Position numbers and translations under genes: made by a program. Source: a virus. From it: a stretch of 64,000 bases of DNA. Position 1 is the stretch's first letter. Each line of letters starts with the position of its first letter. Shown piece after piece: positions 9,095 to 18,775 of this stretch. The stretch lies in the IMG/VR virus record IMGVR_UViG_3300025929_000015, positions 35,377 through 99,376 of that record, one strand, 5' to 3'. The notes beneath the pieces were generated by a model. That model saw only the letters and a program-made list of their open reading frames with translations. It did not search any database and had not been told where the DNA came from.

Positions 9095-9447
9095 TCATAT
9101 CTCCGCACCGGGATCCCCGCCTGCCGGGCCGCCTGCGCGCAGTGCGACGCGCCGCGCGAGCCGTCCCGGATGAACGCCAGGCACACATCCGCACCTAGCT
9201 TCACCATCAGGCTGTTACGGCGGAACCCGGCACCTCGTCCGGTAGCCCAGTCGGCGGGATGCCGTTCCACCGTCCAGCCCATCCGGCGGCCGATGCGGTC
9301 CGCGATCTCATCCGCACCGCGCGGGCAGGCGCCGTGCGCGATGACGAACTCCTCCCCCGGCGCGGTCACCGCGAACGCCTCACGCAGCGCGGTGCGGATC
9401 ACCGCCTCGTCGTCCCAGGTCCGCGACCCGGTCACCAGTACTCTCAC
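9088..9447 (-). CDS. SLOG-family protein (YspA/DUF2493-like)
   Basis: RVLVTGSRTW...HGACPRGAD...AGFRRNSLM...GASH. Confidence 0.85.
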   Translation of the reverse strand: MRVLVTGSRTWDDEAVIRTALREAFAVTAPGEEFVIAHGACPRGADEIADRIGRRMGWTVERHPADWATGRGAGFRRNSLMVKLGADVCLAFIRDGSRGASHCAQAARQAGIPVRRYEC

Positions 9448-9683
9448 CGCCGCGGCCAGCCGCACGACCGCGGATCCCACCAGCAGGTCCATTCCTGCCC
9501 GCACACCGCGCAGCGGTACCCGGCGCGCACGCTGCCCCGGTCGTCACTGACGCGGTACGGGTAGGTGGCCGGGTAGTCGCCGGGGAAGTGCTCCTGGCAG
9601 GCGTCTCCCAGCCCGGCCAGCAGCGCATCCAGCCGGTTGTTGCCGTAGGCGAAGCCCGCCGGGGCGGGCATCTGGTCAGTCAT
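9444..9683 (-). CDS. Hypothetical zinc-ribbon protein
   Basis: Coupled ORF; YRCAVCGQEWTCWW. Confidence 0.6.
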   Translation of the reverse strand: MTDQMPAPAGFAYGNNRLDALLAGLGDACQEHFPGDYPATYPYRVSDDRGSVRAGYRCAVCGQEWTCWWDPRSCGWPRR

Positions 9684-11286
9684 CGCGTCCTCCGTACAGG
9701 GTGCGGTCCCAGGTCTGGTGGCCGTTCACGGCATCTTTGACTACCCAGGGGAAATCGGACGGACGGGTGCCCCAGGTCAGCTCCCGCGGCCAGTCGTACT
9801 CATCCCGCGGCCCGCGCCACGCATCCACCCGTACGTCCCGTTTCTTCGCCGGGTCCGGCTTGAAGATGCCGTAACCGAAATCAGGCCATCCCATGAACAA
9901 GCTCGAACCGCGGGGGCGCAACGTCCGCGGCGTGCCGTGCGGCGAATGCGCCTCCACGATCAGCGCCGGCTCGCAGATCTCCAGCGCCAGGTCCAGCACG
10001 TGCACGATAGCGCGGGCGGCCAGCTCCTCATTCGCGTCGATGGCGTGCAGCTTGTACAGCGGCCCGACCACCAGCAGGTCCGGCCGGTAGGCGCTGACCC
10101 GCTCGAAGACGAACTCGGCGTCCTCGCCGGACAGCAGGTTCATCCCGCCGGGACGGTGCACGATCCGGAACCCGCCCGGGGGCAGCGGGCGGTGCTGCAG
10201 CTCGCACGCCCGGACCAGCTCGCGGAACTTGCGCCGGGACCGCTTCACCCGGTTCTCGCAGTCCAGGAACAGCACCCGCTGCGGCGGCAGGTGGTTGAGC
10301 TTGAACGGGTGCAGGCCCGCCGCCGCGGCCACCGCGATCTGCCGGGTCACGGTCGTCTTGCCCAGCCCCTCCTCCCCGGTCCAGATCAGCCGGTCGCCCC
10401 GCTCGAGCAGGTCCTTGATCACCCAGTTGTCCGGGGGGTCGGGCTGGGTGACGAACGCCAGCAGGTCCATCGCCAGCTCCGGCTCGCGGTCGGCGTCCTG
10501 CTCGCTGGTCACCTCCAGCTCCGCCAGCGTGCGCCCCGCGCCCAGGTGGTCCGAGACGTCCTTGCCGACCGCGGGCTCGCGGATCTCCGCCGCCGCGGCC
10601 ACCCCGTCCAGGCTCCGCGCGATCGCACGGGCGTGCTGGCGGCCGGGCTTGTCCGCGTCGGCGACGATCACCACGATCGCGTCACGCAGGCACTCGGAGT
10701 ACTCCGGGCGCCACTTGCCCGCCCCGCCCGGGTTGCAGGTCGCCACCACCCCGGCGCGTTCCAGCGCGTGCACGTCCTTCTCGCCCTCGGCCACCCAGAT
10801 CAGCTCGCCCGCGTCGATCGCGGGCCGCAGCCGGGGCAGCCGGTACAGCACCCGCCGGGTGTCCCCCAGCCGCCAGCGCCACCCGCTGGCCGCCAGCGGG
10901 TCCGGCACCCGGACCGGGAACTGCTTCTTGCCGCCAGGTGGGGGCGGCACCCGCAGCACCTGGTACAGCACCGTGCCCTGCTCGTCGGCGTAGGAGTACA
11001 CCTCGGTGGCCGTCCCGTACGGCGTCCACAGCTCCCGGTCCGCCGGCGCCGCGGCGTCCCGGTCGGCGCTGATGTCGGCCAGCGTCAGCCCGACCGCGGC
11101 CAGCACGCCGGCCGTGTCGCAGCCGGCCCGGCAGATCATCACCACGGGCTGGTCCAGGCCGGGCTTGATGTCCAGGCTGGGGGTGGTGTCCTCGTGCGCC
11201 GGGCAGCGTGCCATCCAGTAGCCGTGCTGCGGGCGCACGTCCTCCAGCCGCTGCAGCACACGGTCCAGGATCTCCTGGCCCTCCAT
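9676..11286 (-). CDS. DNA primase-helicase (zinc finger + TOPRIM + RecA-like AAA_25)
   Basis: ARCPAHED...CRAGC; WVAEGEKD, ADADKPG; Walker A GEEGLGKT. Confidence 0.9.
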   Translation of the reverse strand: MEGQEILDRVLQRLEDVRPQHGYWMARCPAHEDTTPSLDIKPGLDQPVVMICRAGCDTAGVLAAVGLTLADISADRDAAAPADRELWTPYGTATEVYSYADEQGTVLYQVLRVPPPPGGKKQFPVRVPDPLAASGWRWRLGDTRRVLYRLPRLRPAIDAGELIWVAEGEKDVHALERAGVVATCNPGGAGKWRPEYSECLRDAIVVIVADADKPGRQHARAIARSLDGVAAAAEIREPAVGKDVSDHLGAGRTLAELEVTSEQDADREPELAMDLLAFVTQPDPPDNWVIKDLLERGDRLIWTGEEGLGKTTVTRQIAVAAAAGLHPFKLNHLPPQRVLFLDCENRVKRSRRKFRELVRACELQHRPLPPGGFRIVHRPGGMNLLSGEDAEFVFERVSAYRPDLLVVGPLYKLHAIDANEELAARAIVHVLDLALEICEPALIVEAHSPHGTPRTLRPRGSSLFMGWPDFGYGIFKPDPAKKRDVRVDAWRGPRDEYDWPRELTWGTRPSDFPWVVKDAVNGHQTWDRTLYGGRDD

Positions 11287-12443
11287 CAGTCCCACAACCC
11301 GGACCGCGGTACGAGCGGGTCGGCGGCGGAGGTGCCCGGGCGCCGCCGGGCGGCTGCCTGCAGGACCACGTATTTCTCGCGCAGCTTGCTCATCGACAAG
11401 ATGTTCGGACGCCAGAACTCATCGTCCTGGCACCAGTCGATCGCGGCATGGACCCGGTCCTCGCAGAGCCCGTCGATGTCCAGCAGGTAGCGGGCGGACT
11501 GCCGCCACAGCTTGCCGATGTGCGGTCGCCGGCCGCTCTGCTGCTCGATCCGGTCCGCGAGGTGCTGGCAGAGCCGGTCCACGTCGGGCCGCACCCCGGG
11601 CTCATCCCGGCCGCCGTCAGCCAGCTCGCCGAGTTGCTCAGTGGTGATCTTGCCGTCCGCCAGCTCGGCTAGATGATCCTTGGTGGACCGGCGCGCCACC
11701 GTCGCCGTCACCCCGTGCGCCGTCGCCCACGTCACCCACACGGCCTTGGTGGCGCTCACCGCGGGACGCCGAACCGGATCATCATCACCGTCCGAACCGT
11801 TGACTTTCGGTTCGGACGAAGAACAAGAACTACGTAGTAGTTCTTGTAGGTCTTTAGGTGAGGTGAGGTGAGGTGAGGTGTTAGGCATAAAACGAGCATT
11901 GCTTGCAGCATGGATTTGCTGGGACGATGCAGCACTGATAGTTGAACTTTCAGTTACTTCCGGCTCCTCGGCATGCTGAAGAGCCGTCATTTCATGCGAC
12001 CCGTTTCTGAGCATCGTTTGAGCATTGCTCGCAGCATCGATTTGCTGGGACGATGTGCCGGGAGCATTGCTCGGGGCATCGGTTTCCTGGGACGATGCGT
12101 CCCACCGCTTGCGTGCGGCCCGGACCGCCCGGTCGGAACGACTGGCCCACCGGCCGAGCTGCTGCCAGTGCGCGAAGTCGTGGATGATCCACCCGTCCCC
12201 GGTGGCCTGCCACAGCCCGACGGCCACGAGCAGCCGGGCCAGCTCGGCGCTGCCGCCCAGCCGCCGGGGCAGCGACGCGGGGATGTGCCCCGCCTCGTCG
12301 GGCACGTGCGGGTCGGCGTGCCGCTTGGCCCAGCCGAGCGCCAGCGCCCACAGCCCGATGGCGGCCAGCCCGCCGTCATGCTCCAGCAGGGCCAGCACCT
12401 TGGGGTGATCGTAGAACTGGTCATCGACCAGCGCCCAGGTCAT
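11286..12443 (-). CDS. Phage replication initiator
   Basis: WALVDDQFYDHPKV N-terminus; WIIHDF; C-terminal WCQDDEFWRPNILSMSKLREKY; adjacent to the primase. Confidence 0.85.
   Translation of the reverse strand: MTWALVDDQFYDHPKVLALLEHDGGLAAIGLWALALGWAKRHADPHVPDEAGHIPASLPRRLGGSAELARLLVAVGLWQATGDGWIIHDFAHWQQLGRWASRSDRAVRAARKRWDASSQETDAPSNAPGTSSQQIDAASNAQTMLRNGSHEMTALQHAEEPEVTESSTISAASSQQIHAASNARFMPNTSPHLTSPKDLQELLRSSCSSSEPKVNGSDGDDDPVRRPAVSATKAVWVTWATAHGVTATVARRSTKDHLAELADGKITTEQLGELADGGRDEPGVRPDVDRLCQHLADRIEQQSGRRPHIGKLWRQSARYLLDIDGLCEDRVHAAIDWCQDDEFWRPNILSMSKLREKYVVLQAAARRRPGTSAADPLVPRSGLWD
11894..12097. repeat. Three 36-bp iteron-like repeats (putative origin)
   Basis: GAGCATTGCTYGSRGCATSGRTTTSCTGGGACGATG at 11894, 12020 and 12062. 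Confidence 0.8.
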
Positions 12444-12449
12444 GGCCGC

Positions 12450-12758
12450 CTACTCGCCGTCGTAGTCCGGCGCGAAGACCCAGCAGCCCTCGCGGTGGGC
12501 CGGGTGCAGCGGGCAGGGATTGCGGTGGTACCAGTCCACGTCGCCTGGGCGCACGGCCTCGATGAGCCCGCGCTCGAAGTCCGCGACGAACACGGCCTCC
12601 AGCTCCGACCGGGGGTCGCGCCAGCTGACGGCATCAAGATGGGTCGCGATGGGCGTGCTGCTGGTGCACCCGGGGTGCTTTACAGCCCCCGGGCTGGTCG
12701 TTATCATGTGGCTTGACAGCGATCCCCCGCTGCCCCGGGGACGTGTGTCTCTTGACAT
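12450..12758 (-). CDS. Hypothetical protein
   Basis: Purine-rich RBS; first gene of the replication operon. Confidence 0.6.
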   Translation of the reverse strand: MSRDTRPRGSGGSLSSHMITTSPGAVKHPGCTSSTPIATHLDAVSWRDPRSELEAVFVADFERGLIEAVRPGDVDWYHRNPCPLHPAHREGCWVFAPDYDGE

Positions 12759-13378
12759 GAAGATTTCCCTTCTCTCATGTCAAACGGTGCGGGTGCCGGC
12801 TTGTCCTTTCCCCGGCATCCGAGGGGAGAGGGGACGGGCAGCTGGCTTGTCCCCTCAACCTACGGCCGCCCCCTGGGGACCACAATCCCCGGGGGGCGGG
12901 TTTTTTGTTACCCCCCCGGACCCATAGACAGGACCGATATGTTGGGCACCCCGCCGGAACGCGACGCCGCGACCTTGCGCGCCGCCGCGTGGATCCTGCA
13001 CCGCCGGGCGGGGTGCCGACCCCGGCTGGGCCTGCGCGTCGTCATCACGGTGCTGCGCCAGTCCGCGCGGCGGATCGAAGCCGAGAATAAGTCCCCGGAC
13101 CGATTGAAGAGATTGATCAGTTGACCGTTCAATCACCGGCCCGGGCGGCCTACGCCGCGGCCCGCACGCGCGCCCGGCGGTCCGCCGACCCCCAGCGGAT
13201 CACCGGCGGGCCGGCCGCGCTGGCCGCGGTCGCGGCGATGACACGGCGCTGCCGCTGCGGCCACATGGTCCTGCTGCACGAGATCACCCCGCGCGGGGTC
13301 CGCAGCTGGTGCAGCTACGCCAGCCAGGCCGGGCGCTGCCCCTGTACCGCCTGCGAGATCGCGGCGTACAGTGAGGCG

Positions 13379-13498
13379 GTGCCCAAGAAGCCGCGCGACC
13401 TGGAGCTGCAGAAGAAGTCCTGCCCGACCTGCAAGGGAAGCGGCCTGTACCGGGGCGGTGTGTGCCCGGACTGCGAGGGGGACGGGGACCGGAAGTAA
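13379..13498 (+). CDS. DnaJ-type zinc-finger microprotein
   Basis: CPTCKGSG...CPDCEGDG; TACAGT 6 nt upstream of the GTG. Confidence 0.65.
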   Translation: MPKKPRDLELQKKSCPTCKGSGLYRGGVCPDCEGDGDRK

Positions 13499-13523
13499 CG
13501 GTGTCCGTGATACGGTAACGGAC

Positions 13524-13850
13524 ATGAGCTGCATCCATGCACGCGGCGGCTGGCTGCTGTACTCCGGCCAGCTCGGCGTGATCGCCGCGGACGTCCTGGA
13601 CGCGGACATGTCCATGCGCTCCCGTAGCCTGGACGTGACCAGCATCGTGAGCCCGGTGCGCCAGCTGGTCTACGGCCCGCCCGACATCACCTTCACCGCC
13701 CAGCTAGGGCGGAAAATCGACTGGAACCAGGCAGCCGCAGCCGGGGAGCCCCCGGACCTGAACGCGCTCCTGGCGCTGGCCCGCCGCCACCCGGACGAAT
13801 ACCAGCGCTGGCACGAGGCCGAGACGGTCCTGAAAGCGCTCGGCGGATGA
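13524..13850 (+). CDS. Hypothetical protein
   Basis: TGATACGGT -10 upstream; ATGA coupling downstream. Confidence 0.6.
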   Translation: MSCIHARGGWLLYSGQLGVIAADVLDADMSMRSRSLDVTSIVSPVRQLVYGPPDITFTAQLGRKIDWNQAAAAGEPPDLNALLALARRHPDEYQRWHEAETVLKALGG

Positions 13851-14245
13851 CCCCGGAATCGCCCTGGTGGGAGACCGGCCCGGCCGAGATCACCCCTACC
13901 GCCGACGGGACCACCCTGGACTGCGGCGGCGACCGCCAGACCTGGGGCTGCGGCTGCCCGGCCTGCCTGCCCCGGCAGCACCCGCTGGACCTGATGGCCC
14001 GGGTCAGCGCCGCCCAGCTGGCCCAGTGGGCGCAAGCCCGGGCGAAACTGAGCGCCCAGCCGCGCACCCGCGGATCGTGCTACTGCGGCCAGCCCGGGCG
14101 GCTGTACGCCGGCGGGTTCCGCTGCGACACCCACGTCCGCCAGGCCCCCGGGCCGCTGTCAGCAGCCACCCGGGACGCCATCGGCAGCTACGTCCGGGAG
14201 CACGGGACCACACCGTGGCCGCGGAAACAGAAAAAGGACTCATGA
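13847..14245 (+). CDS. Hypothetical Cys-rich protein
   Basis: CYCGQPGRLYAGGFRCDTH. Confidence 0.6.
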   Translation: MTPESPWWETGPAEITPTADGTTLDCGGDRQTWGCGCPACLPRQHPLDLMARVSAAQLAQWAQARAKLSAQPRTRGSCYCGQPGRLYAGGFRCDTHVRQAPGPLSAATRDAIGSYVREHGTTPWPRKQKKDS

Positions 14246-14460
14246 ATGCAATAGCGGAATGGCTCGCCACCGAGGAAGGACTGCACTGGGCACTGCACCA
14301 CTTCTACGACGCCACCGAGTTCCACCCCCTCATCGAGATCATCGACGAAGACTGCTACACCGGCGACCACCCGGACCTCCCCGCCCAGACCATTTTCGAC
14401 CACCTCCGCGAACGGCCCCCGTGGCAGGACCTGACCTGGACTCCTGATGAGCCGCCGTGA
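14242..14460 (+). CDS. Hypothetical acidic protein
   Basis: RBS AAGGA, ATGA overlap, MNAIAEWL... Confidence 0.55.
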   Translation: MNAIAEWLATEEGLHWALHHFYDATEFHPLIEIIDEDCYTGDHPDLPAQTIFDHLRERPPWQDLTWTPDEPP

Positions 14461-14487
14461 TAGGTTATACTGAGTGTGTTACTACGC

Positions 14488-14562
14488 CGCGGGGTCGCCT
14501 AGCTCGGTATGGCATTGGGCTCATAACCCAAAATAACGCGGGTTCGAATCCCGCCCCCGCTT
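14488..14562 (+). tRNA. tRNA-Met(CAT), initiator type, CCA not encoded
   Basis: CGCGGGG/CCCCGCT acceptor with 1:72 mismatch; TTGGG-CTCATAA-CCCAA anticodon arm with three G:C pairs; GGTTCGAATCC T arm; TATACT upstream. Confidence 0.92.
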
Positions 14563-14564
14563 CT

Positions 14565-14948
14565 ATGATGAGCGTTGAGTGGCACCGCGAATACCAGCGC
14601 AACCGCCGTATCGAGCGGCTGGCACTAGCGCGCGAGCGCCTCGGCGGTCGGTGCGTGCGGTGCGGTGCGACCGAGGACCTGGATTTCGACCACATCGATG
14701 CGGGGACCAAGGTACGGAACATCTCCGAGGCAACCAACTGGGCACTGGCCAGGTTCTTGGAAGAAGTAGACAAATGCCAGCTCCTGTGCCGACACCATCA
14801 CCACGAGAAGTCAGCCGAGGCCGGGGATGTCAGGATCGTAGAGCACGGCGGTGGCGTCAAAGGCAAGCACAACTGCCCGTGCACTCTATGTAAGACTGCA
14901 CGTCGGGAGAATATGCGGCAGCGCCGGGCGCGGGCGGCCTCGGTCTAG
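14565..14948 (+). CDS. HNH homing-type endonuclease
   Basis: LGGRCVRCG...LDFDHID...EVDKCQLLCRHHH. Confidence 0.88.
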   Translation: MMSVEWHREYQRNRRIERLALARERLGGRCVRCGATEDLDFDHIDAGTKVRNISEATNWALARFLEEVDKCQLLCRHHHHEKSAEAGDVRIVEHGGGVKGKHNCPCTLCKTARRENMRQRRARAASV

Positions 14949-14954
14949 TACACG

Positions 14955-15290
14955 TCACAGCTTCCTGGTGATCGCCCGGAGCTGGCGGGCGACGTGCGCC
15001 CGCCCGCGCTCGGTGTCCAGGTCGGCCTCGATCACGGCGTCGGCGACCTTGCGCAGCCGGGCGGGGATCACTGCCCCGGGCTGCACGATCAAGATGATCG
15101 GCTTGTCCAGCATCAGCGCCATGCCCAGCTCGACGGCGTATTTCACGTCGAAATTACCGCCGTCGGGGTACAGGCTGGCCACGTACGCCGACTCCGCCAT
15201 CGCCTGGACGGTGTGCTCCCGCTGGTGCTGCACGAACCGGTCCCATTCGGCCCGCTCCGACGGGGACAGGCCCTCCACCCAGTCGCTCAC
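14955..15290 (-). CDS. Hypothetical protein (nucleoside deoxyribosyltransferase/TIR-like fold possible)
   Basis: AVELGMALMLDKPIILI. Confidence 0.55.
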   Translation of the reverse strand: MSDWVEGLSPSERAEWDRFVQHQREHTVQAMAESAYVASLYPDGGNFDVKYAVELGMALMLDKPIILIVQPGAVIPARLRKVADAVIEADLDTERGRAHVARQLRAITRKL

Positions 15291-15763
15291 AGCTCCTCCT
15301 GTCCCGTGTCCCCGGGCCGGCCGCCGTACCCGGTGCCCCGGCCGTGCTGCTGCTCGGCGGCGGCCAGGAAATCGTAAAGTTCCCGGTTCTGCACGTACAT
15401 CTTCCGGCCTTCAAACATCATGCCAGGGGCGACCTTGCGGAGGGTTTCCGGGTCGTCCACCCACCAGGCTCCGACGGGTTCGATGCCATCGGGGATGGGG
15501 CCGAGGTCTTCCTTCACGGTCACGGTGCCGTACGGGGGGCCATTGTCCCAGTCGTCTTCGGTGAACAGGTACAGCGAGCCGAATTTCTCCCGGATCCCGA
15601 TGAACCCGCCGTTCCCGTCATAGACCCCGTAGGGCAGGTTCCGCGAAACGATCCGGTACAGGTGCCCCCTGATCAGGGTGAATTCTTTATTGCGCGGCCC
15701 GTTATCCGGCTTGAGTTTTTCCTGTGCTTCGGCGATCCGCTGTTCCAGTGGTTTGCTGTCCAT
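15287..15763 (-). CDS. Hypothetical phage protein
   Basis: Coupled ORF, lower GC. Confidence 0.7.
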   Translation of the reverse strand: MDSKPLEQRIAEAQEKLKPDNGPRNKEFTLIRGHLYRIVSRNLPYGVYDGNGGFIGIREKFGSLYLFTEDDWDNGPPYGTVTVKEDLGPIPDGIEPVGAWWVDDPETLRKVAPGMMFEGRKMYVQNRELYDFLAAAEQQHGRGTGYGGRPGDTGQEEL

Positions 15764-16747
15764 TTATTCACCCTCTTTCGGTGCTACCAATTCCAACTTG
15801 ACGCTCTCACCCTCGCGCAGCGGCGGCCGGGCCCCAGCCCGGGCATAGTCTTCGCGGACCTGTTCAGTGTCCAGGGACCGGCGACTGGAGACGGTCCAGC
15901 GCAAGACGTACGGGAAGTTCTCAAGCTGGACCTCGCCGCGTCCGCTGGTGTTGGGCCGCAGCGCGTCCAGCGCCCCCTTGGCCAGGGCTTCCTCGGCTTC
16001 GGCCTGCTTCTTGGCCTCCCGCGCGGCCGCCAGCCGCTTGGCCCATCCGGCCGCGTCCTGGTCCTCGACCAGCAGGACCGACCGCTCGTCCCGGTCGATC
16101 ACATGGCCTTCCCAGCAGGTGCCCGAGAACGGGCAGTTCCGGCATTGCGCCGAGTCGGGGGCGAAGTCGCGGGCCAGCCATTCCAGCGGGGTTTCGCGGA
16201 CCTGCTCCAGCCACTGCATCGCCTCGGTGACGGCGGCGTAGTCGAACGGCCCGGACCACATCCACGTGTTCCCGGAGTCGCGGACCAGGTAGTCCAGCTG
16301 GACCTGCTCCACGTCCAGGCCGCGGACGATCAGCGCCGCCGCATAGACTTGCACCTGCCAGAGGTGGCGGCGCGGCGGGCCGTTCAGCCGGTAGTTCGCC
16401 ACCTGCATGTCGTAGCCGACGGTCTTGACGTCCCGCAGCACCGGCCGGACGTACAGGTCGGGGTGGCCGAGCACCCCGCCGAACTGCACTTCCTCGTTGA
16501 TCACCGAGTCGGCGGGGATCAGGCCCTCGTCCCGCATCCGCAGCAGCGCCCGGTCCACCGCGTCGTGCACGGCGGTGCCGATCACCGCCTGCACGCTACC
16601 GCTGGGCTTCTCCGGCGGATACCCGTGGACGGTGTAGCCCGCCCGGCGCCGGCACCCACCGAGGTCCGATACGCCGAGGGCGCGCTGGCGGCTCCGCGGC
16701 CGTTCCCAGTCGGCCTTGAGTAGCAACTCCGCAGTAGACGGAATCAT
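15764..16747 (-). CDS. PD-(D/E)XK exonuclease (RecB/Cas4-like)
   Basis: GCRRR...GTAVH...GHPDL...DVKT...QVQVY...CRNCPFSGTC. Confidence 0.88.
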   Translation of the reverse strand: MIPSTAELLLKADWERPRSRQRALGVSDLGGCRRRAGYTVHGYPPEKPSGSVQAVIGTAVHDAVDRALLRMRDEGLIPADSVINEEVQFGGVLGHPDLYVRPVLRDVKTVGYDMQVANYRLNGPPRRHLWQVQVYAAALIVRGLDVEQVQLDYLVRDSGNTWMWSGPFDYAAVTEAMQWLEQVRETPLEWLARDFAPDSAQCRNCPFSGTCWEGHVIDRDERSVLLVEDQDAAGWAKRLAAAREAKKQAEAEEALAKGALDALRPNTSGRGEVQLENFPYVLRWTVSSRRSLDTEQVREDYARAGARPPLREGESVKLELVAPKEGE

Positions 16748-16934
16748 GGGGCACTCCGGCCGCGCTCCCCATGGGCAGCGCCGTGAGATCCATGAGCCGG
16801 AGTGCCCCACGCGGCACCCCGTCCGTGTGATCTATGGGCCGGGCCGTAGCGTGCATGGGACGGGGACCCGCAGGCGGCACCCCGGCCGTACCCGCACTGG
16901 ATACCGTATCTCAGATGGGCCGGGGTGCCGCGGC

Positions 16935-17198
16935 TCACCAGTGGCGCGCTTTCGGGTGCCGCCGCGGCTTGACCGGGGCGGGCGGCTTGGCGTCCATGTC
17001 CGGGTACTTGTACCAGCGCAGCGTGCCGTTCTCGTTCTTCTTGTGCGGGCAGGCGACCGGGCCGGCCTCGAACTGGATCATCCCGCACCACGGGCAGCAC
17101 CACAGGGTGCAGTGCCCGGCGCGGCAGTACCGCCGGACGGGCTCGGCGTCCCCCCGGTCCTCGCACAGGCACGACTTGCAGTCCTTCAGCTTGGTCAC
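16935..17198 (-). CDS. Cys-rich small protein
   Basis: CKSCLC...CRAGHCTLWCCPWCG. Confidence 0.6.
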   Translation of the reverse strand: MTKLKDCKSCLCEDRGDAEPVRRYCRAGHCTLWCCPWCGMIQFEAGPVACPHKKNENGTLRWYKYPDMDAKPPAPVKPRRHPKARHW

Positions 17199-17215
17199 GT
17201 CTTACCTCCCGCAGT

Positions 17216-17458
17216 TCAGGACAGCGCGGCCCGGCGCCGGCGTTCCTCGTCGACCTCGGCCATGGCGAGGTCCAGCATCATGGCGACGTGCCGCAGGTCC
17301 TCGGTGGAGGTGATCAGCCGCCCGCCGGGGTCGCCGCCTTCTTCGCGTACCGCGACCACCACCGCGAACCCGATGGTGCGCTCGCGCGGGACCCCGCTCA
17401 GCGCGGCCAGCACTTCGGCGAGCGGCTCCAGGTCGTCTTCACGTTTCCTCATCAGCAT
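17216..17458 (-). CDS. Hypothetical protein
   Basis: In-operon ORF. Confidence 0.55.
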   Translation of the reverse strand: MLMRKREDDLEPLAEVLAALSGVPRERTIGFAVVVAVREEGGDPGGRLITSTEDLRHVAMMLDLAMAEVDEERRRRAALS

Positions 17459-18608
17459 CCTGCCCGGGTTCCTCGATGGTTTTCAGGTAGCGGTCCAGCG
17501 CCTGGCGGCGGGCCCCGGAGGAGGCGTGCCCGCCTGCCACCCGGGTCACCGTATCGTGGATGATGAACACCTCACCTTTGGACAGCTCGTTCATGCCGGA
17601 CAGCTCGCGGTGGGCCAGCACGGCGCACAACCGGACCTGGGCGGGGCCGCTGACCCCGCAGCGGCGCAGCAGTTCGTGCAGCTCGGGCAGCCCCGGCGGC
17701 TCAGCGCGGACCGTCCCGGCCGTTTCACCTGTGGTCGCCGTTTCGACGTTGGGCCGGGACGACCCGCTGACCTCGTAGTCCGCCGAAGCCGCCGTCTCTG
17801 ATGTGGGTTCCGTAGTCGTCATGGGCGGCCCCGGCGGGACCGCCGCCCCCGCCGTAGCTGGTTTGGGTTCCGTCGCCTCTGTGGGCGGGGGCGGATGCTC
17901 GGTGCCGGCGGCGTGCTGGCGGTCCAGCTGGGCCAGCTTGTCGCGCACGTCCTGCACGCCCGGCGCGGGCTGGGGGGCGGGGACGACCTCGGCCAGGACG
18001 GTGCTGCCGTCGTTGCCGTCCCCGATCCCGGCCAGGTCAAATCCAAAGATCAACTCAGGGCAGCCGCGGGCGGCGCCGCGGGCGACCGCCCGCCATTGGA
18101 GCATGTCTTTCCGGTAGCTCTCCCAGGGCAGGGGCTGGCCGCTGCTGGACCGGGCGACGAGCTTGCCGTCGTGCCTCTTGACCAGGCCCGCGGCCTGCGC
18201 GTCCTGCACGGTAAACCGGCCGGTGTATTTAATCTTGAATTCCTCGTCTTTGCGAGTGATCACAAACTCGCAGGAATCCTCGGACTCGACGAAGTCGTAC
18301 CTATGGCCGGCGGCGCGGATCCGGGCCAGCAGCAGCGCGCCGCGCAGGCCCGGCTGGCCAGACGGCAGCACGTAGATGCCCCGGATCGCCTGGATCCAGC
18401 TCAAGCCCAGCTCCCGGCCCAGCAGCATGGTAATGAGGCAGTTCTGCGGCGAGCCGCGGAGCGCCTGCGGGACCATGGACGACTGGGCCAGCATGGTGGC
18501 CAGCCGGAACGCCTGGTCCAGGTCGGACAGCGGGTCGTTCAGATCGACGGCAATCCGCTGCTGCTCCGTCCGGGCGAGCGCCGTGCCCGGCTCGTCAGGC
18601 TGCGTCAT
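17439..18608 (-). CDS. RecT-like single-strand annealing protein
   Basis: LAQSSMVPQALRGSPQNC...GRELGL...IYV...GQP...MLQWRA; next to the exonuclease. Confidence 0.8.
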   Translation of the reverse strand: MTQPDEPGTALARTEQQRIAVDLNDPLSDLDQAFRLATMLAQSSMVPQALRGSPQNCLITMLLGRELGLSWIQAIRGIYVLPSGQPGLRGALLLARIRAAGHRYDFVESEDSCEFVITRKDEEFKIKYTGRFTVQDAQAAGLVKRHDGKLVARSSSGQPLPWESYRKDMLQWRAVARGAARGCPELIFGFDLAGIGDGNDGSTVLAEVVPAPQPAPGVQDVRDKLAQLDRQHAAGTEHPPPPTEATEPKPATAGAAVPPGPPMTTTEPTSETAASADYEVSGSSRPNVETATTGETAGTVRAEPPGLPELHELLRRCGVSGPAQVRLCAVLAHRELSGMNELSKGEVFIIHDTVTRVAGGHASSGARRQALDRYLKTIEEPGQDADEET

Positions 18609-18775
18609 GGTGTTCCTCCCGTGGGCGGGGAGGTGCCGTAGGTAGCATGGGTGAAACCGCTACGGCCCTGGGCACCTCCGCACGTCCATTGTACCCTGGT
18701 TGTCTCTGGCTGTCTTCCATGCTAGCGTGGGGGTACGACAAAACGGAGCGTGGGTACGGCAAAACGGGAGCCCGC

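Noticed and set aside
9718-11490. Long antisense ORFs (also 33225-35138, 18722-20416, 3203-5008)
   Set aside because: Shadow frames of real genes in GC-rich DNA; Arg/Pro/Gly-rich with no motifs
15764-16747. Cas4 of a CRISPR system
   Set aside because: No other cas genes or array; sits beside RecT, so a recombination exonuclease is more likely
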